DNA of 64,000 bases from an uncultured virus (IMG/VR IMGVR_UViG_3300044612_002689) (Duplodnaviria > Heunggongvirae > Uroviricota > Caudoviricetes), in IMG/VR virus record IMGVR_UViG_3300044612_002689; one strand, given 5' to 3'. This document shows positions 39,470-49,232 of the stretch, piece after piece. Numbering within the stretch: position 1 is the stretch's first letter; the number at the start of each line of letters is the position of its first letter. Under the pieces are notes generated by a model. That model had not been told where the DNA came from, made no database searches, and was given only the letters and a program-made list of their open reading frames with translations. The translations under genes and the position numbers were made by a program.

Positions 39470-40116
39470 AAAACAATATTATTGATATGTTCAAAAGTCA
39501 GTTTAATAAACAAGCACTTGATGCTGGGGTGACTGGAACTGAATTATCTAAAGTCAGACAAAATTTGAATTTGGAAAATAAAAAAAAATCTAAAAAAGAA
39601 GAACCTAAAGAGGCATCTGCCACTGGTGGTGGATATGGTTATACGGGACCCGCATTCAGTTTGTTTGCAAAAGATGATGTCGCTAGAAGTGAGTATAAAA
39701 AACCAAAAGTAAAAGAGGTAAGAGAAGAAAAAAATTGTGGTGGGTGTGATAAAGTAGAGTCTGAATGTATTTGTGACAAAACAAAAAAAATTGAGGCTAC
39801 CGAAGCAACTTCATCATCTTCTACAGGACCTTATGATGCAAATAGTTTTCAAGATATTAAAATGAAAGGTAATACTCCGAAGGGAAAAGGCAGATCCTGG
39901 AAAAAAACACAAATTCCCGGAGGAAGTTTTGTACAAGTTAAAAGTAAGTGTAAAAAATTCCCATATTGTAATCAAGGAGACATATCAAGTTTAAAACTAT
40001 TTGAAAATGAAACCTTGAAGAAAGTAATTGAAAAAGTTTCCAAAAAGTATGATCTACCAACTCAGTTGATAAAGGAGATTATTTCCCAAAATATTAAAAA
40101 AAGAATAAACCCATGA
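39466..40116 (+). CDS. Hypothetical protein with Cys motifs
   Basis: Start probably ATG 39466; CGGC..CIC and KCKKFPYCNQG. Confidence 0.6.
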   Translation: MKNNIIDMFKSQFNKQALDAGVTGTELSKVRQNLNLENKKKSKKEEPKEASATGGGYGYTGPAFSLFAKDDVARSEYKKPKVKEVREEKNCGGCDKVESECICDKTKKIEATEATSSSSTGPYDANSFQDIKMKGNTPKGKGRSWKKTQIPGGSFVQVKSKCKKFPYCNQGDISSLKLFENETLKKVIEKVSKKYDLPTQLIKEIISQNIKKRINP

Positions 40117-40123
40117 TATTTAT
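40117..40123 (+). promoter_or_regulatory. TATTTAT putative late promoter motif
   Basis: 14 nt upstream of ATG 40138. Confidence 0.55.
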
Positions 40124-40137
40124 TAATAAAAACTAAA

Positions 40138-41625
40138 ATGAATAGACGAGATTATATTTCAAGACGAAGAAATGAACTTTTAAAAGAAAGTCTTGATGAA
40201 AAGGCAGAACGCATTTTGAATAAACTCAAAGGTAAATTTGACTATGTTGAAGGAAAAGGAGAAATGTGTAATGAGTGTGGTGGTCAAATGTACGAAAATG
40301 AATGTATGGAGTGTGGATATTCGGGTAGAGAAACAATGGAAGATATTGACCCTAAGGAATTAGAAGTAGGAAAAAATTATCGAAACCCAAACAGAATCAA
40401 AAAGTTTGAAGAAGATGATGTGGAGTTTCTTCAAAGAGTGGATTATCCAGATATGGGAGGTAGAGTAAAACCCAAACCCCATTTTATTTTTAAAGATAGA
40501 AAGTCAGGCGAACATTCAATGTTAGGTGATGAAGACGTTAGACGAATGAGAAGAATGGACGAAAAGTTATCATACAAACAAAAAAAACATTTAGATCAAA
40601 ACGATGATGATGTGATTGATGAATTGGATTTTGAAATACTCCATAGTGGAGGTGACCAAACAAAGGAAAGAGAAAAAACCAAAAGACCGGGTGAAAAAGA
40701 AAGAGAAAAAGATAGAACCAAAAAACCTAGACACACAGACCCTAATCCAGATGTGGATGAAAAACCAAAGGCAAAAAAAGAACGTGGTGAAAGCGAATGT
40801 AAAGAATGTGGATCAAGAGGTTCTGATACAATATATGAAATAAAAGTTGAGGAAGATGATATGAAAGAAGGAAACGCCTTTGTTTACGCTAAAAAACAAG
40901 CGGAAAAAAAGGGTGATAAAAATTTTGAGTTTGATGGAAAAACTTATCCGGTTAAAGAAAGTGTGGTGAGATTTACTGAAAGTGAACTTATTCACTTTAT
41001 TGAAAATTTAGTTACAGAAGAAAAATTTAAAAAAGGTCAAACACCTCCAGGATATACGGCATATGAGAAGTCATTCAAAGGTTCTGGTAAAGAAAACAAG
41101 GAGGCAATGAATGATACAACCAAAAGGATGAGAGAATACAATAAATTGGGATCAAAGGGTGGATATGAAACAAACCCAAAACATTTTCCTAAAGGAAATG
41201 GTCAATTAGAAAAGATGAGTAAAAAGGCTTATGTGATGTCTAAAGATGGTAATGAGTTTTTAGATGATTATATGAGACCGGGAATGGAAGATCTTGTACC
41301 GGAAGAAATTACTTACGATCAAAATTGGGTTTCAGATAACATCAAAGGTTCTTCAAGAACTGGCAACAATCCTGAATGGGCAAATGCTGAAGAAACTGAG
41401 TTAGGACAAAAATTAGTGAAAAAACAACAGGCCAAGAAATTTCATAAAGCAAAAGAAACCGCATACAGAAAATCAAAACAACCTGTCACTGATGGAACTG
41501 GAGAAAATTCTGGAACTGGAGTCAATATTAAGTTGGAAAATGTTGCTGAAAAAGAAACACAAAAACTTTTCGAAGAATTTGATAGAATGAAAAATTTAAT
41601 TTCTTACGACCGCAAAACACAATAA
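40138..41625 (+). CDS. Highly charged protein, possible prohead core/scaffold-like
   Basis: CxECG motifs, EF-hand-like DQNDDDVIDELD, FTESELIHFIENLVTEE and C-terminal EEFDRMKNLISY. Confidence 0.5.
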   Translation: MNRRDYISRRRNELLKESLDEKAERILNKLKGKFDYVEGKGEMCNECGGQMYENECMECGYSGRETMEDIDPKELEVGKNYRNPNRIKKFEEDDVEFLQRVDYPDMGGRVKPKPHFIFKDRKSGEHSMLGDEDVRRMRRMDEKLSYKQKKHLDQNDDDVIDELDFEILHSGGDQTKEREKTKRPGEKEREKDRTKKPRHTDPNPDVDEKPKAKKERGESECKECGSRGSDTIYEIKVEEDDMKEGNAFVYAKKQAEKKGDKNFEFDGKTYPVKESVVRFTESELIHFIENLVTEEKFKKGQTPPGYTAYEKSFKGSGKENKEAMNDTTKRMREYNKLGSKGGYETNPKHFPKGNGQLEKMSKKAYVMSKDGNEFLDDYMRPGMEDLVPEEITYDQNWVSDNIKGSSRTGNNPEWANAEETELGQKLVKKQQAKKFHKAKETAYRKSKQPVTDGTGENSGTGVNIKLENVAEKETQKLFEEFDRMKNLISYDRKTQ

Positions 41626-41674
41626 TTTACAAATCATATTATTAGTTTATATTATCCATAAATGGTAAACGTTT

Positions 41675-42145
41675 ATGGATAATTTTTTTAATTACGTTAC
41701 GAAACCTGTAAATCCAGAGGATGTAGATGTCTGGTTTCGTGCAAACAATATAATTCCCGAAAAACTCGAATTATTTTCTGATTTTAGTTTGACTTTATAC
41801 CATATTATAAAAGAAACTTATCTTGGAGATGAAGATTCTCAACCAAACGAAACTAAAACCGTAATGGATCATGAGGATAATTCGAAACATTTTTTATGGT
41901 GTTGGAACAAAACAATCGAAAACTTTGAAAAGGAGGAAATAAAATTTAATCACGAGGGGGACCATTTTGAGTACTTTAAAGATTTCTTTGATCAAATATT
42001 TTATGAACAAAAAGAAAAAAAAATTAAAGAATCAATTGAAATTTTTTTCAACGAAACCTTCGATATAAATAGACCATTTACAAAATCTGATTTGGACATG
42101 ATATCGACAATATATAAAAATCTAGATAGAAATCTTAATATATAG
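41675..42145 (+). CDS. Hypothetical protein, 156 aa
   Basis: ORF preceded by TTTACA-N16-TATATT (41626-41653). Confidence 0.6.
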   Translation: MDNFFNYVTKPVNPEDVDVWFRANNIIPEKLELFSDFSLTLYHIIKETYLGDEDSQPNETKTVMDHEDNSKHFLWCWNKTIENFEKEEIKFNHEGDHFEYFKDFFDQIFYEQKEKKIKESIEIFFNETFDINRPFTKSDLDMISTIYKNLDRNLNI

Positions 42146-42147
42146 TC

Positions 42148-42176
42148 TTTACACCTGATAAAATAAGAGTTATCTT
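42148..42176 (+). promoter_or_regulatory. Sigma70-like -35/-10 promoter
   Basis: TTTACA-N17-TATCTT. Confidence 0.5.
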
Positions 42177-42206
42177 ATATAAAAATAAACATTTAAAAAA
42201 TTCAAA

Positions 42207-42380
42207 ATGGATACTTTAGAACAAATTAAAACCTTAGTTGAGCAACTTACTGTAGATACAACTAAATTTTATGCCGGAAATAAAAGTGCGGGAACAAGAG
42301 CAAGAAAAACAAGTCAGGATATCAAAGCACTTTTACAAACACTTAGAACTGAAATTCTACAATCCAAAAAGAATGGTTAA
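42207..42380 (+). CDS. Histone H1-like (Hc1-family) small DNA-binding protein, 57 aa (not in ORF track)
   Basis: MDTLEQIKTLVEQLTVDTTKFYAGNKSAGTRARKTSQDIKALLQTLRTEILQSKKNG; GNKxAGTRARK signature. Confidence 0.8.
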   Translation: MDTLEQIKTLVEQLTVDTTKFYAGNKSAGTRARKTSQDIKALLQTLRTEILQSKKNG

Positions 42381-42564
42381 TTTACAAACTGTTTTTTTAT
42401 TTTTGTTTGTAACATCAACAGTGATGTTATCGAGATATTTTATTATTTTTTTAATATCACTGTTGAGTACAAACCCAAAAAAAATAGAGTATACCACACT
42501 TGAAATTGTTTTAATTGTTTTGTCAATTTCATATTCAATAACATTTTTAATAGAATCAAAATGA
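42373..42564 (+). CDS. Small 2-TM membrane protein
   Basis: True start probably ATG 42373; the track ORF's N-terminus overlaps the Hc1-like gene. Confidence 0.55.
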   Translation: MVNLQTVFLFLFVTSTVMLSRYFIIFLISLLSTNPKKIEYTTLEIVLIVLSISYSITFLIESK

Positions 42565-43001
42565 GTTTTTACAAAGAATTACTAGTCCTAGAACCATATT
42601 TCAAGTCAATTAGAAAATTGAAAGATTATCTTAGTTTTGATCTTGAGATTCCCAAAACCTGGAAGTTACCTAAAAAATTTGTCAAAGAAGAACAAATTGT
42701 GGAATTTGAAAATAATTCGGTAGAAATGAGATCCATTTCTTTTGTTGCAAAAATGGTTGAATCAGAAATCACCAATTTAATTTTTAATATAAAAAATGTT
42801 ATTGATTTCAATAGAGAATTGGAAGAGAAAGAAAAATTGTTTCAAAACAAAGTTAACGAGTTGAAAAACTTTTTTGAAAAAGAAAATTTACAAAACCTAC
42901 AAGGTCTTAAATTCGAAATAAATGATATTAAGTTAGAATTAGAAAATGCAGAACCAGAAGTCGAGCCGTCTAGAGAAGATACAGGAGTGGTTAAGAAGTG
43001 A
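42561..43001 (+). CDS. Hypothetical protein, 146 aa
   Basis: Coupled ORF. Confidence 0.6.
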   Translation: MSFYKELLVLEPYFKSIRKLKDYLSFDLEIPKTWKLPKKFVKEEQIVEFENNSVEMRSISFVAKMVESEITNLIFNIKNVIDFNRELEEKEKLFQNKVNELKNFFEKENLQNLQGLKFEINDIKLELENAEPEVEPSREDTGVVKK

Positions 43002-43146
43002 GTTAAGTAAAGATAAAGTTGAACTTAATAAAGAGAAATTAGACTTTATTAAAATGATTAAAAATAATTCAAAAGAAGAAATATTACCAAAAAAAGAAAA
43101 ATTATCATTATGGAAAAGAATCTCGAGGGTATTGATAGGTCGTTAG
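42946..43146 (+). CDS. Hypothetical protein, 66 aa
   Basis: Overlapping ORF; C-terminal KLSLWKRI is similar to the next gene's KLTIWQKL. Confidence 0.5.
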   Translation: MQNQKSSRLEKIQEWLRSELSKDKVELNKEKLDFIKMIKNNSKEEILPKKEKLSLWKRISRVLIGR

Positions 43147-43430
43147 AAAAAATAATTGAAACTGCGGCATCAATTAAGGAATCCTTTCCGAACTCAAAAT
43201 CAATAATAGTTGTTGAACTTCCTTTCATAGAATATGAATATGTTCGATCAAGCATTCAAAAAAATGAAAAAAGATCAGACCAGTTTAAAATTCAATCTGA
43301 AGGTGTTGAAATAGTTTTTATGAATGAAGCATATCAAAAACCAGAAGTTATAGTTGAAGTACCCAAACTAACAATTTGGCAGAAATTAATTTCTGTTATA
43401 GGTGGTAAATCTTCTATAAAAGGAGTTTAA
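43110..43430 (+). CDS. Hypothetical protein, 106 aa
   Basis: ORF in operon. Confidence 0.55.
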   Translation: MEKNLEGIDRSLEKIIETAASIKESFPNSKSIIVVELPFIEYEYVRSSIQKNEKRSDQFKIQSEGVEIVFMNEAYQKPEVIVEVPKLTIWQKLISVIGGKSSIKGV

Positions 43431-44024
43431 ATCAATATTGTTATTTTTCAACATTTGATAAATGTATCTCTTTTGTAACTTCGAACTATCGTAAACAAAA
43501 ATACTATCAGACCTACCATTCTTTATAAAGTATTCTGATAGACAATCAATTAGTCTTTTAGAGTCCAATTCATTTTTAAGTGAGAAAAAGAAAAATTCAT
43601 TTTCTTTTTGAATAATCAATTTGTTATTAATTAGAGAAACAATCTTCAAACCATCTTTTTTCAAATACTCATATATCAAGGTTTTGAACTGGATTCTTTT
43701 CTTTTTTTGTAAGTCATAAATTAATTCTTCTTTTTTTAAGTTATCAATTTTAGTGAGTACATAATCGTTGATTAAAAGTTCCATTTTGATTTGCCGACCA
43801 TATTCATCTTTTTTAAAAAAGAATTTATCAATGTTGTTTTTAACAAGGAAACCAATTTCATACATACAGGGTTTTCCATTTACAAACTGTACATCAAAAT
43901 TTACATCTTGGTTTGATTTTACTTGTTCTTCATAGAATTTCAGAGCATTATCTTCTGATTCATAACTTTTGAGAATCTTTAATTTTTTTTTGTTTTTAAA
44001 TAATACAATTTGATATTTTCCCAT
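43386..44024 (-). CDS. Hypothetical basic protein, 212 aa
   Basis: Long ORF on the minus strand. Confidence 0.6.
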   Translation of the reverse strand: MGKYQIVLFKNKKKLKILKSYESEDNALKFYEEQVKSNQDVNFDVQFVNGKPCMYEIGFLVKNNIDKFFFKKDEYGRQIKMELLINDYVLTKIDNLKKEELIYDLQKKKRIQFKTLIYEYLKKDGLKIVSLINNKLIIQKENEFFFFSLKNELDSKRLIDCLSEYFIKNGRSDSIFVYDSSKLQKRYIYQMLKNNNIDLNSFYRRFTTYNRN

Positions 44025-44092
44025 TATTAATTGTCCTTCCTTTACTTTTATTGAAAAATAAGATACTATTATTAATTATAAATAATTTAATA

Positions 44093-45001
44093 ATGAGTAC
44101 TGAGTCTTACTATGATATATTAGGTGTCAATGAACAATCTAATTCTGAGGAAATTAAACGTGCCTATCGAAAATTGGCAAAAGAAAATCACCCAGATAAA
44201 GGAGGAGATGAAGAACTCTTCAAAAAAATTTCATTGGCATACGATACATTGAGTAACGATGGTAAAAGACGAGAGTATGATATGAAAAGAAAGTTTTCAT
44301 CAGACGATCTTTTTTCTCAAATGTTTTCTCAACAATTCGGACAACAGTTTAATCAAAAAAGAGTCCATGACACAATAATCGATTTACCAATTGGTGCTAT
44401 CGAATCTTTTTTAGGTAAGAAGAAACAAGTCACATATAACTATAAAGAGAAGTGTGGGGGGTGTAATGGATCCGGTGGGGAAAAGATGGTTTGCGACGGG
44501 TGTAGAGGTCAAGGATTTGTTACTAGACAAATACAGAATGGATTTATGGCACAAATTATAAATCAAACTTGTGGGGTTTGTAATGGAACTGGAAAAAAGA
44601 TTGTGAATGCTTGTAATCAATGTTTTGGTATCGGAACCCAAATTAAAGAAAAAACAATTGATATTACATTACCCCAGGGGGTAGATAACGGACAATTCCT
44701 GAGACTTCAGGGTCTGGGTGATTATCGAGATGGTATTTATGGAAATCTTGTTGTTAGAGTCCATTTACAACAAGAAAACAATTTTGAAAAAGTACATCAA
44801 CATTTGGTGTACAATGCGTTTTTAAATCTTGAAGATTTGGAAAATGGTAATTTCAATGTTCCCCATCCATCTGGATCCTTAAACATTAAACTTCCAGTTG
44901 ATTTGGATACATCAACACCATTAAGAATAAAAAATAAAGGATATCAAAATGGTGATTTAATTATAAACCAATATTTTAAGTTTAAGAGAAAAACAAAATA
45001 A
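44093..45001 (+). CDS. dnaJ: DnaJ molecular chaperone
   Basis: J domain with HPD; four CxxCxGxG repeats; C-terminal domain. Start probably ATG 44093; TTTACT-N17-TACTAT upstream (44041-44069). Confidence 0.92.
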   Translation: MSTESYYDILGVNEQSNSEEIKRAYRKLAKENHPDKGGDEELFKKISLAYDTLSNDGKRREYDMKRKFSSDDLFSQMFSQQFGQQFNQKRVHDTIIDLPIGAIESFLGKKKQVTYNYKEKCGGCNGSGGEKMVCDGCRGQGFVTRQIQNGFMAQIINQTCGVCNGTGKKIVNACNQCFGIGTQIKEKTIDITLPQGVDNGQFLRLQGLGDYRDGIYGNLVVRVHLQQENNFEKVHQHLVYNAFLNLEDLENGNFNVPHPSGSLNIKLPVDLDTSTPLRIKNKGYQNGDLIINQYFKFKRKTK

Positions 45002-45146
45002 TTTCTGTGATTAATTTAAATACTCCATATAAACATAACCCCAAGACTATTGTACCCCCAATAAAGACAAAATTTCTTGTTCTTTGTATTTTTTTTGATG
45101 AGTTACATGCTTGACATCCTACCTTTGTTGACTTTTTATTTTCCAT
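44982..45146 (-). CDS. Small CxxC plus TM protein, 54 aa (not in ORF track)
   Basis: MENKKSTKVGCQACNSSKK...FVFIGGTIVLGLCLYGVF. Confidence 0.5.
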   Translation of the reverse strand: MENKKSTKVGCQACNSSKKIQRTRNFVFIGGTIVLGLCLYGVFKLITEIILFFS

Positions 45147-45172
45147 AATACTATAATTATATACAGATTGAT

Positions 45173-45201
45173 TTGACTTATAAATAAAAAAATCTTAAGT
45201 T
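45173..45201 (+). promoter_or_regulatory. Sigma70-like -35/-10 promoter
   Basis: TTGACT-N17-TAAGTT upstream of the MTase. Confidence 0.45.
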
Positions 45202-45216
45202 TTTAAAAAAAAAATA

Positions 45217-46125
45217 ATGATATCATATATCGGAGGTAAAGCAAGAATAAGTAAATGGATTATTCCATTTATTCCAAAAGATATAGAAACATATGTCGAA
45301 CCCTTTAGCGGTATGTTCTGGGTCTTCTTCAAAATGGATTTAGAAAACTATCCAAATTTAAAAACTGTTGTATACAATGATTTTAACGGTTTGAATTCTA
45401 ATTTATTCAAATGTTGTAAAGACTATGACTTATTGTGGGAAGAACTGTCTAAATACCCTTGTCAACAACTTGGTGTGGATGATACCCCAAGTCTTTATGA
45501 AGAAATGTTTCTTGAATATCAAAGAGAAATATTCGTTGATAATTTAGAAATAACTGAAGAAAATAAATTTGTTATAGCATCCAAGTACGTATATGTTTTA
45601 ACTCAAATATTTTCTGGATCAAAACCGGAGACATCCCATTATATGGATTATAAAGGTAAGTACCGTTGTAAAGTTTTAATATTTTTAGATAAGTTGAAAG
45701 ATGCTAAATACAGAGAACATTTTGATAAAATTACTTTTGTTGAAAATTTAGATTTCCAAACTGTTATTGAAAAATATGACTCAAAAAAAACTTATTTTTA
45801 CGTTGACCCACCATATTGGAAGACAGAAGATTATTATTCAAACCATGATTTTGATAGAGATGATCATGAAAGACTTGCAGTTTGTTTAAAAAGTATTTCT
45901 GGAAAATTTAGTTTAAGTTATTATGATTTTCCACTCCTCCAAAAATGGTTTCCATTTTATGAGTATAATTGGGAATGTAAAGAATTTGCTAAGGCTGCTT
46001 CTGCTAAAAGTGGAGTAAAACAAAATTTGGGGGAGGAAATATTAATTATGAATTATGGTAAAGATTTACCAGGTCCCCCAAAACATGGCGACCAGTTAGA
46101 TTTATTTTTACATAGTTTTATTTAA
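45217..46125 (+). CDS. DNA adenine methyltransferase (Dam/D12 class)
   Basis: YIGGK, YVEPFSG, YND and YVDPPY motifs. Confidence 0.9.
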   Translation: MISYIGGKARISKWIIPFIPKDIETYVEPFSGMFWVFFKMDLENYPNLKTVVYNDFNGLNSNLFKCCKDYDLLWEELSKYPCQQLGVDDTPSLYEEMFLEYQREIFVDNLEITEENKFVIASKYVYVLTQIFSGSKPETSHYMDYKGKYRCKVLIFLDKLKDAKYREHFDKITFVENLDFQTVIEKYDSKKTYFYVDPPYWKTEDYYSNHDFDRDDHERLAVCLKSISGKFSLSYYDFPLLQKWFPFYEYNWECKEFAKAASAKSGVKQNLGEEILIMNYGKDLPGPPKHGDQLDLFLHSFI

Positions 46126-46144
46126 TACTTTCCACTGATTGTAA

Positions 46145-46151
46145 TATTTAT
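46145..46151 (+). promoter_or_regulatory. TATTTAT putative late promoter motif
   Basis: 14 nt upstream of ATG 46166. Confidence 0.55.
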
Positions 46152-46165
46152 AAAAAAAAACAAAA

Positions 46166-48031
46166 ATGAAATTAGTAAATATTTTATCTAAAGTGGTTCA
46201 AAACCAAATGGTCAATGAAGCATTATCCCCAAAAGTTATTGATCAATTGATCAAAAAGTTTGAAAACCAAACCAAAGATCCTGTTGACACTCAAAAACAA
46301 ATCATCCAAGCGTTCGATAAATATAAGGATGGTTTACCTGCAGATAAAAGAGATATTACCAAATACAACTACTCCGATCTTAAAAATTTGATTCTCACAA
46401 AAGAGATGAAAAAAGAAGAAAAAAAAGTCTTCGGTCAATTTCAAAAAGAAAATGCAAAACAAGTAGATAAAGAACTTGTTAAAAAAGCACTTAAAAAGTT
46501 TTATGAGATTTTTCCATTGATACCAGGTAATCAAAGAGATGTTATGTCTTACAGTTATTTACAATTAGAGGATTTTCTTCGAAAGAATTTCACAACATTA
46601 TTGACCAAAGCGGCAACCGCTAAATTCAAAAGTGAATATCCTGAAGTAACCCCAGAACAGTTATTATTTTATATAGGAACCTTTTTAGATAATTACGATC
46701 AATTACCACTAGATACCCCTTATTTGTTATTTATGAATTTTAACCAACTTGAAGGTGTAGTGGATTCACTTGGGGGAATAAGTCTTTCGACGGGAAAAAA
46801 AGATGATTTCGAGGACATTGAAACAGTATATGACCAAGATAATTTATTAATTTTCAAACCTAGTGGAAAAGAACAATGTATCAGACTTGCACACGGTAGA
46901 CCATGGTGTATTTCTAGAACAGGAGGTTCGAACCTTTATTACAACTATCGATTAGGAGATAACCTTACCATTTACTTTGTTATAGATAAAGATAAAGATT
47001 ACTCTGATGTTGATTTTGCATCAGTAATTTTAGTCACACCTTATGGACAAAAAAGATTGGCGGATGGAAAAAATATGTCTGGAGGATTTTCCGGTCATAG
47101 AAATGAGTCTTGGTCAACTATTTCTTCTAAAATACCAAAAATTGCGGACAAAGAACATTTATTTGTTGCGGACCCATTGAGTGATGATGAACAAGAAACT
47201 ATGAGGTATTATAAAAATGTAAGTGTAAATTCAGATGCTGTTGAAGAGTTGGGTGGGGTTGATAAGGCTGAACTTTGGATGGAAATCAGAAGCCCTGATC
47301 TAACAAGTAAACCAGAGATATTTAAAAATTTACCAACAGAATTACAAAGAAAATATGTTTCTCTAGGTTATGATTTAACTCCGGATATGATAAATAATTC
47401 AAAAGAAGGGATTTTGAAATATTATTCTGGTAGAAAACTTGACGAATTGAAAAGAAAAAGTTTGAATGATTTATCTCAAGCAGACATTGCACTTCTGAAA
47501 ACACCTATGATGGAAGCAGTTAAAAATGAATTGAAACCTACCTTTAAATCACAATTACCGGGACAAACTAATGATACAGGGGTAATTCAAGTAATTTACC
47601 CTAAAGATGTTGCTTCAAAATATATTGCACTTTACGAATTTGAAGATTTTTTTGAAACCATTCCGGAAAATGTTTCTTTCCTTGCTTTCAATAACCCAAC
47701 AGACCAAGTAATTGCTTACGATATCCCAGAATCACTTTCACGATTGAAGTCTTTGCAAGTTTTCACCGCAAGTAATTATATAAAATCATTACCAGAAAGT
47801 TTAGGTCAACTAGAAAATATTTCTTTTTTGAATCTAAATGATAATCCCCAATTAAATAGGTTACCAGATTCGATTGTCAATTGTACATGTTTACAGTACG
47901 TCAATATAGATGCTACATGTGAAATCCCTCAAAGTGCTCAAAAATATCTCAAAAAAGGTTCTGGAGGTTTTGTTGAGGTTGATTTTCCAGAAGAAATGAC
48001 CAAAAATTGTCAGTTTAGTGTTAAAAAATAA
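46166..48031 (+). CDS. Multidomain protein with WC-motif (PcfJ-like) domain and C-terminal leucine-rich repeats
   Basis: LLIFKP...GRPWCIS; IPESLSRL, LPESLGQL and LPDSIVNC repeats. Confidence 0.65.
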   Translation: MKLVNILSKVVQNQMVNEALSPKVIDQLIKKFENQTKDPVDTQKQIIQAFDKYKDGLPADKRDITKYNYSDLKNLILTKEMKKEEKKVFGQFQKENAKQVDKELVKKALKKFYEIFPLIPGNQRDVMSYSYLQLEDFLRKNFTTLLTKAATAKFKSEYPEVTPEQLLFYIGTFLDNYDQLPLDTPYLLFMNFNQLEGVVDSLGGISLSTGKKDDFEDIETVYDQDNLLIFKPSGKEQCIRLAHGRPWCISRTGGSNLYYNYRLGDNLTIYFVIDKDKDYSDVDFASVILVTPYGQKRLADGKNMSGGFSGHRNESWSTISSKIPKIADKEHLFVADPLSDDEQETMRYYKNVSVNSDAVEELGGVDKAELWMEIRSPDLTSKPEIFKNLPTELQRKYVSLGYDLTPDMINNSKEGILKYYSGRKLDELKRKSLNDLSQADIALLKTPMMEAVKNELKPTFKSQLPGQTNDTGVIQVIYPKDVASKYIALYEFEDFFETIPENVSFLAFNNPTDQVIAYDIPESLSRLKSLQVFTASNYIKSLPESLGQLENISFLNLNDNPQLNRLPDSIVNCTCLQYVNIDATCEIPQSAQKYLKKGSGGFVEVDFPEEMTKNCQFSVKK

Positions 48032-48036
48032 TAACT

Positions 48037-48318
48037 ATGTCAAAAATTGATTGTGAAATTTATATAGCACAACTAATAAATTTTTTTGAGTCAAATCCTA
48101 ATGATTTAATACAACTGATTGGGAATTTACAAAAAGACCTTTTTTATCAAAAACTTAAAGATCAGTGTTTGAAAAATTCCGAGACTGACGGTGATCATGT
48201 AATCACCAAAACACAGATTATGGAAATTATTTTGGAATTAAAAATTCCCGAACTGATTAAAAATGAAGCAATTACTTACATTCAAAAATCTAAGTGGGGA
48301 GACATAAATCTAAATTAA
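48037..48318 (+). CDS. Hypothetical protein, 93 aa
   Basis: ORF in operon. Confidence 0.6.
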   Translation: MSKIDCEIYIAQLINFFESNPNDLIQLIGNLQKDLFYQKLKDQCLKNSETDGDHVITKTQIMEIILELKIPELIKNEAITYIQKSKWGDINLN

Positions 48319-48339
48319 ATATTTTTTTTTTATCAATTG

Positions 48340-48370
48340 TTTGGCGGTTTAAAAAATAGTATTACCTTTG
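48340..48370 (+). promoter_or_regulatory. Bacteroidota-type -33/-7 promoter
   Basis: TTTG-N19-TACCTTTG. Confidence 0.75.
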
Positions 48371-48396
48371 TAGTGTAATTAAAAACATAAACAATT

Positions 48397-48855
48397 ATGA
48401 CAACTACAAAAACCAACACAATTATCACAGTTAATGAAGGAACTATGGCTGGTGACGTATTCTACGGATCTTTTAGTACAATCGTTAAAAACAAGGTACA
48501 TAAGGTACTTGTTACTAATCATCTTAAATATCAGAACCAAGAATATGAATTCCGTATTGCAGGAAAATGTAGGGCGGGATTTATTAACATCCACGACACT
48601 AAAGGAAGACCTTCTAGTGTTATTAGTGGATATAATAAAAACTCATTAGTTAACATCCAAATGAAAAATGAGTTTGGTCATTGGATGAATGTTTATACTA
48701 CTAAAGGTGGTAAGTGGTTTTCAATAGATAAAGGATTCTTGGAAACATTAACTGTAGGGACTATGAGAGAATCATTCCCTGATATGTGTGACATGAATAT
48801 TTGGACCCGGATGGGGGCAAAAACTTGGGCTGATAAAGCGTTTACTCAAAATTAA
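48397..48855 (+). CDS. Hypothetical early protein, 152 aa
   Basis: Follows a host-type promoter. Confidence 0.65.
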   Translation: MTTTKTNTIITVNEGTMAGDVFYGSFSTIVKNKVHKVLVTNHLKYQNQEYEFRIAGKCRAGFINIHDTKGRPSSVISGYNKNSLVNIQMKNEFGHWMNVYTTKGGKWFSIDKGFLETLTVGTMRESFPDMCDMNIWTRMGAKTWADKAFTQN

Positions 48856-48867
48856 TTAATTAATAAT

Positions 48868-48888
48868 TCCCCCCTTAATTGGGGGGAT
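48868..48888. terminator. GC-rich hairpin (terminator or processing site)
   Basis: TCCCCCC-TTAATT-GGGGGGA. Confidence 0.55.
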
Positions 48889-48901
48889 AAAATTTTTAAA
48901 T

Positions 48902-49231
48902 ATGGGATCTTACATATACACATATAAGAAAAAATTAGATAAGAAGGCAACTCTTGATGGACAAGAGGTTATAGTTGGAGAAGCAACTTTCTTGTGTAGA
49001 CAAGATTGGTCTGGAAATTACACAGTACAAGAAAAACGTGAAATGACAAGATCAGCATCTTTACTTGAACACGATCAACCCGAATATATTACATTCGGTG
49101 AAGAAGTTTATAAAAATAATAAACGTGGTCTTTGGAGTGATGGTAGTGGTTTTTGGTCAGGAATTGATTATAAAAACGACTATGTTGGTAAGTTAGAAAA
49201 ACAAGGTAAAAAATATATAATAACAAAATAA
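48902..49231 (+). CDS. Hypothetical protein, 109 aa
   Basis: ORF. Confidence 0.6.
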   Translation: MGSYIYTYKKKLDKKATLDGQEVIVGEATFLCRQDWSGNYTVQEKREMTRSASLLEHDQPEYITFGEEVYKNNKRGLWSDGSGFWSGIDYKNDYVGKLEKQGKKYIITK

Positions 49232-49232
49232 T

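Noticed and set aside
42271..42372. N-terminal part of track ORF 42271-42564
   Set aside because: Overlaps the Hc1-like gene in another frame; the real start is probably 42373.
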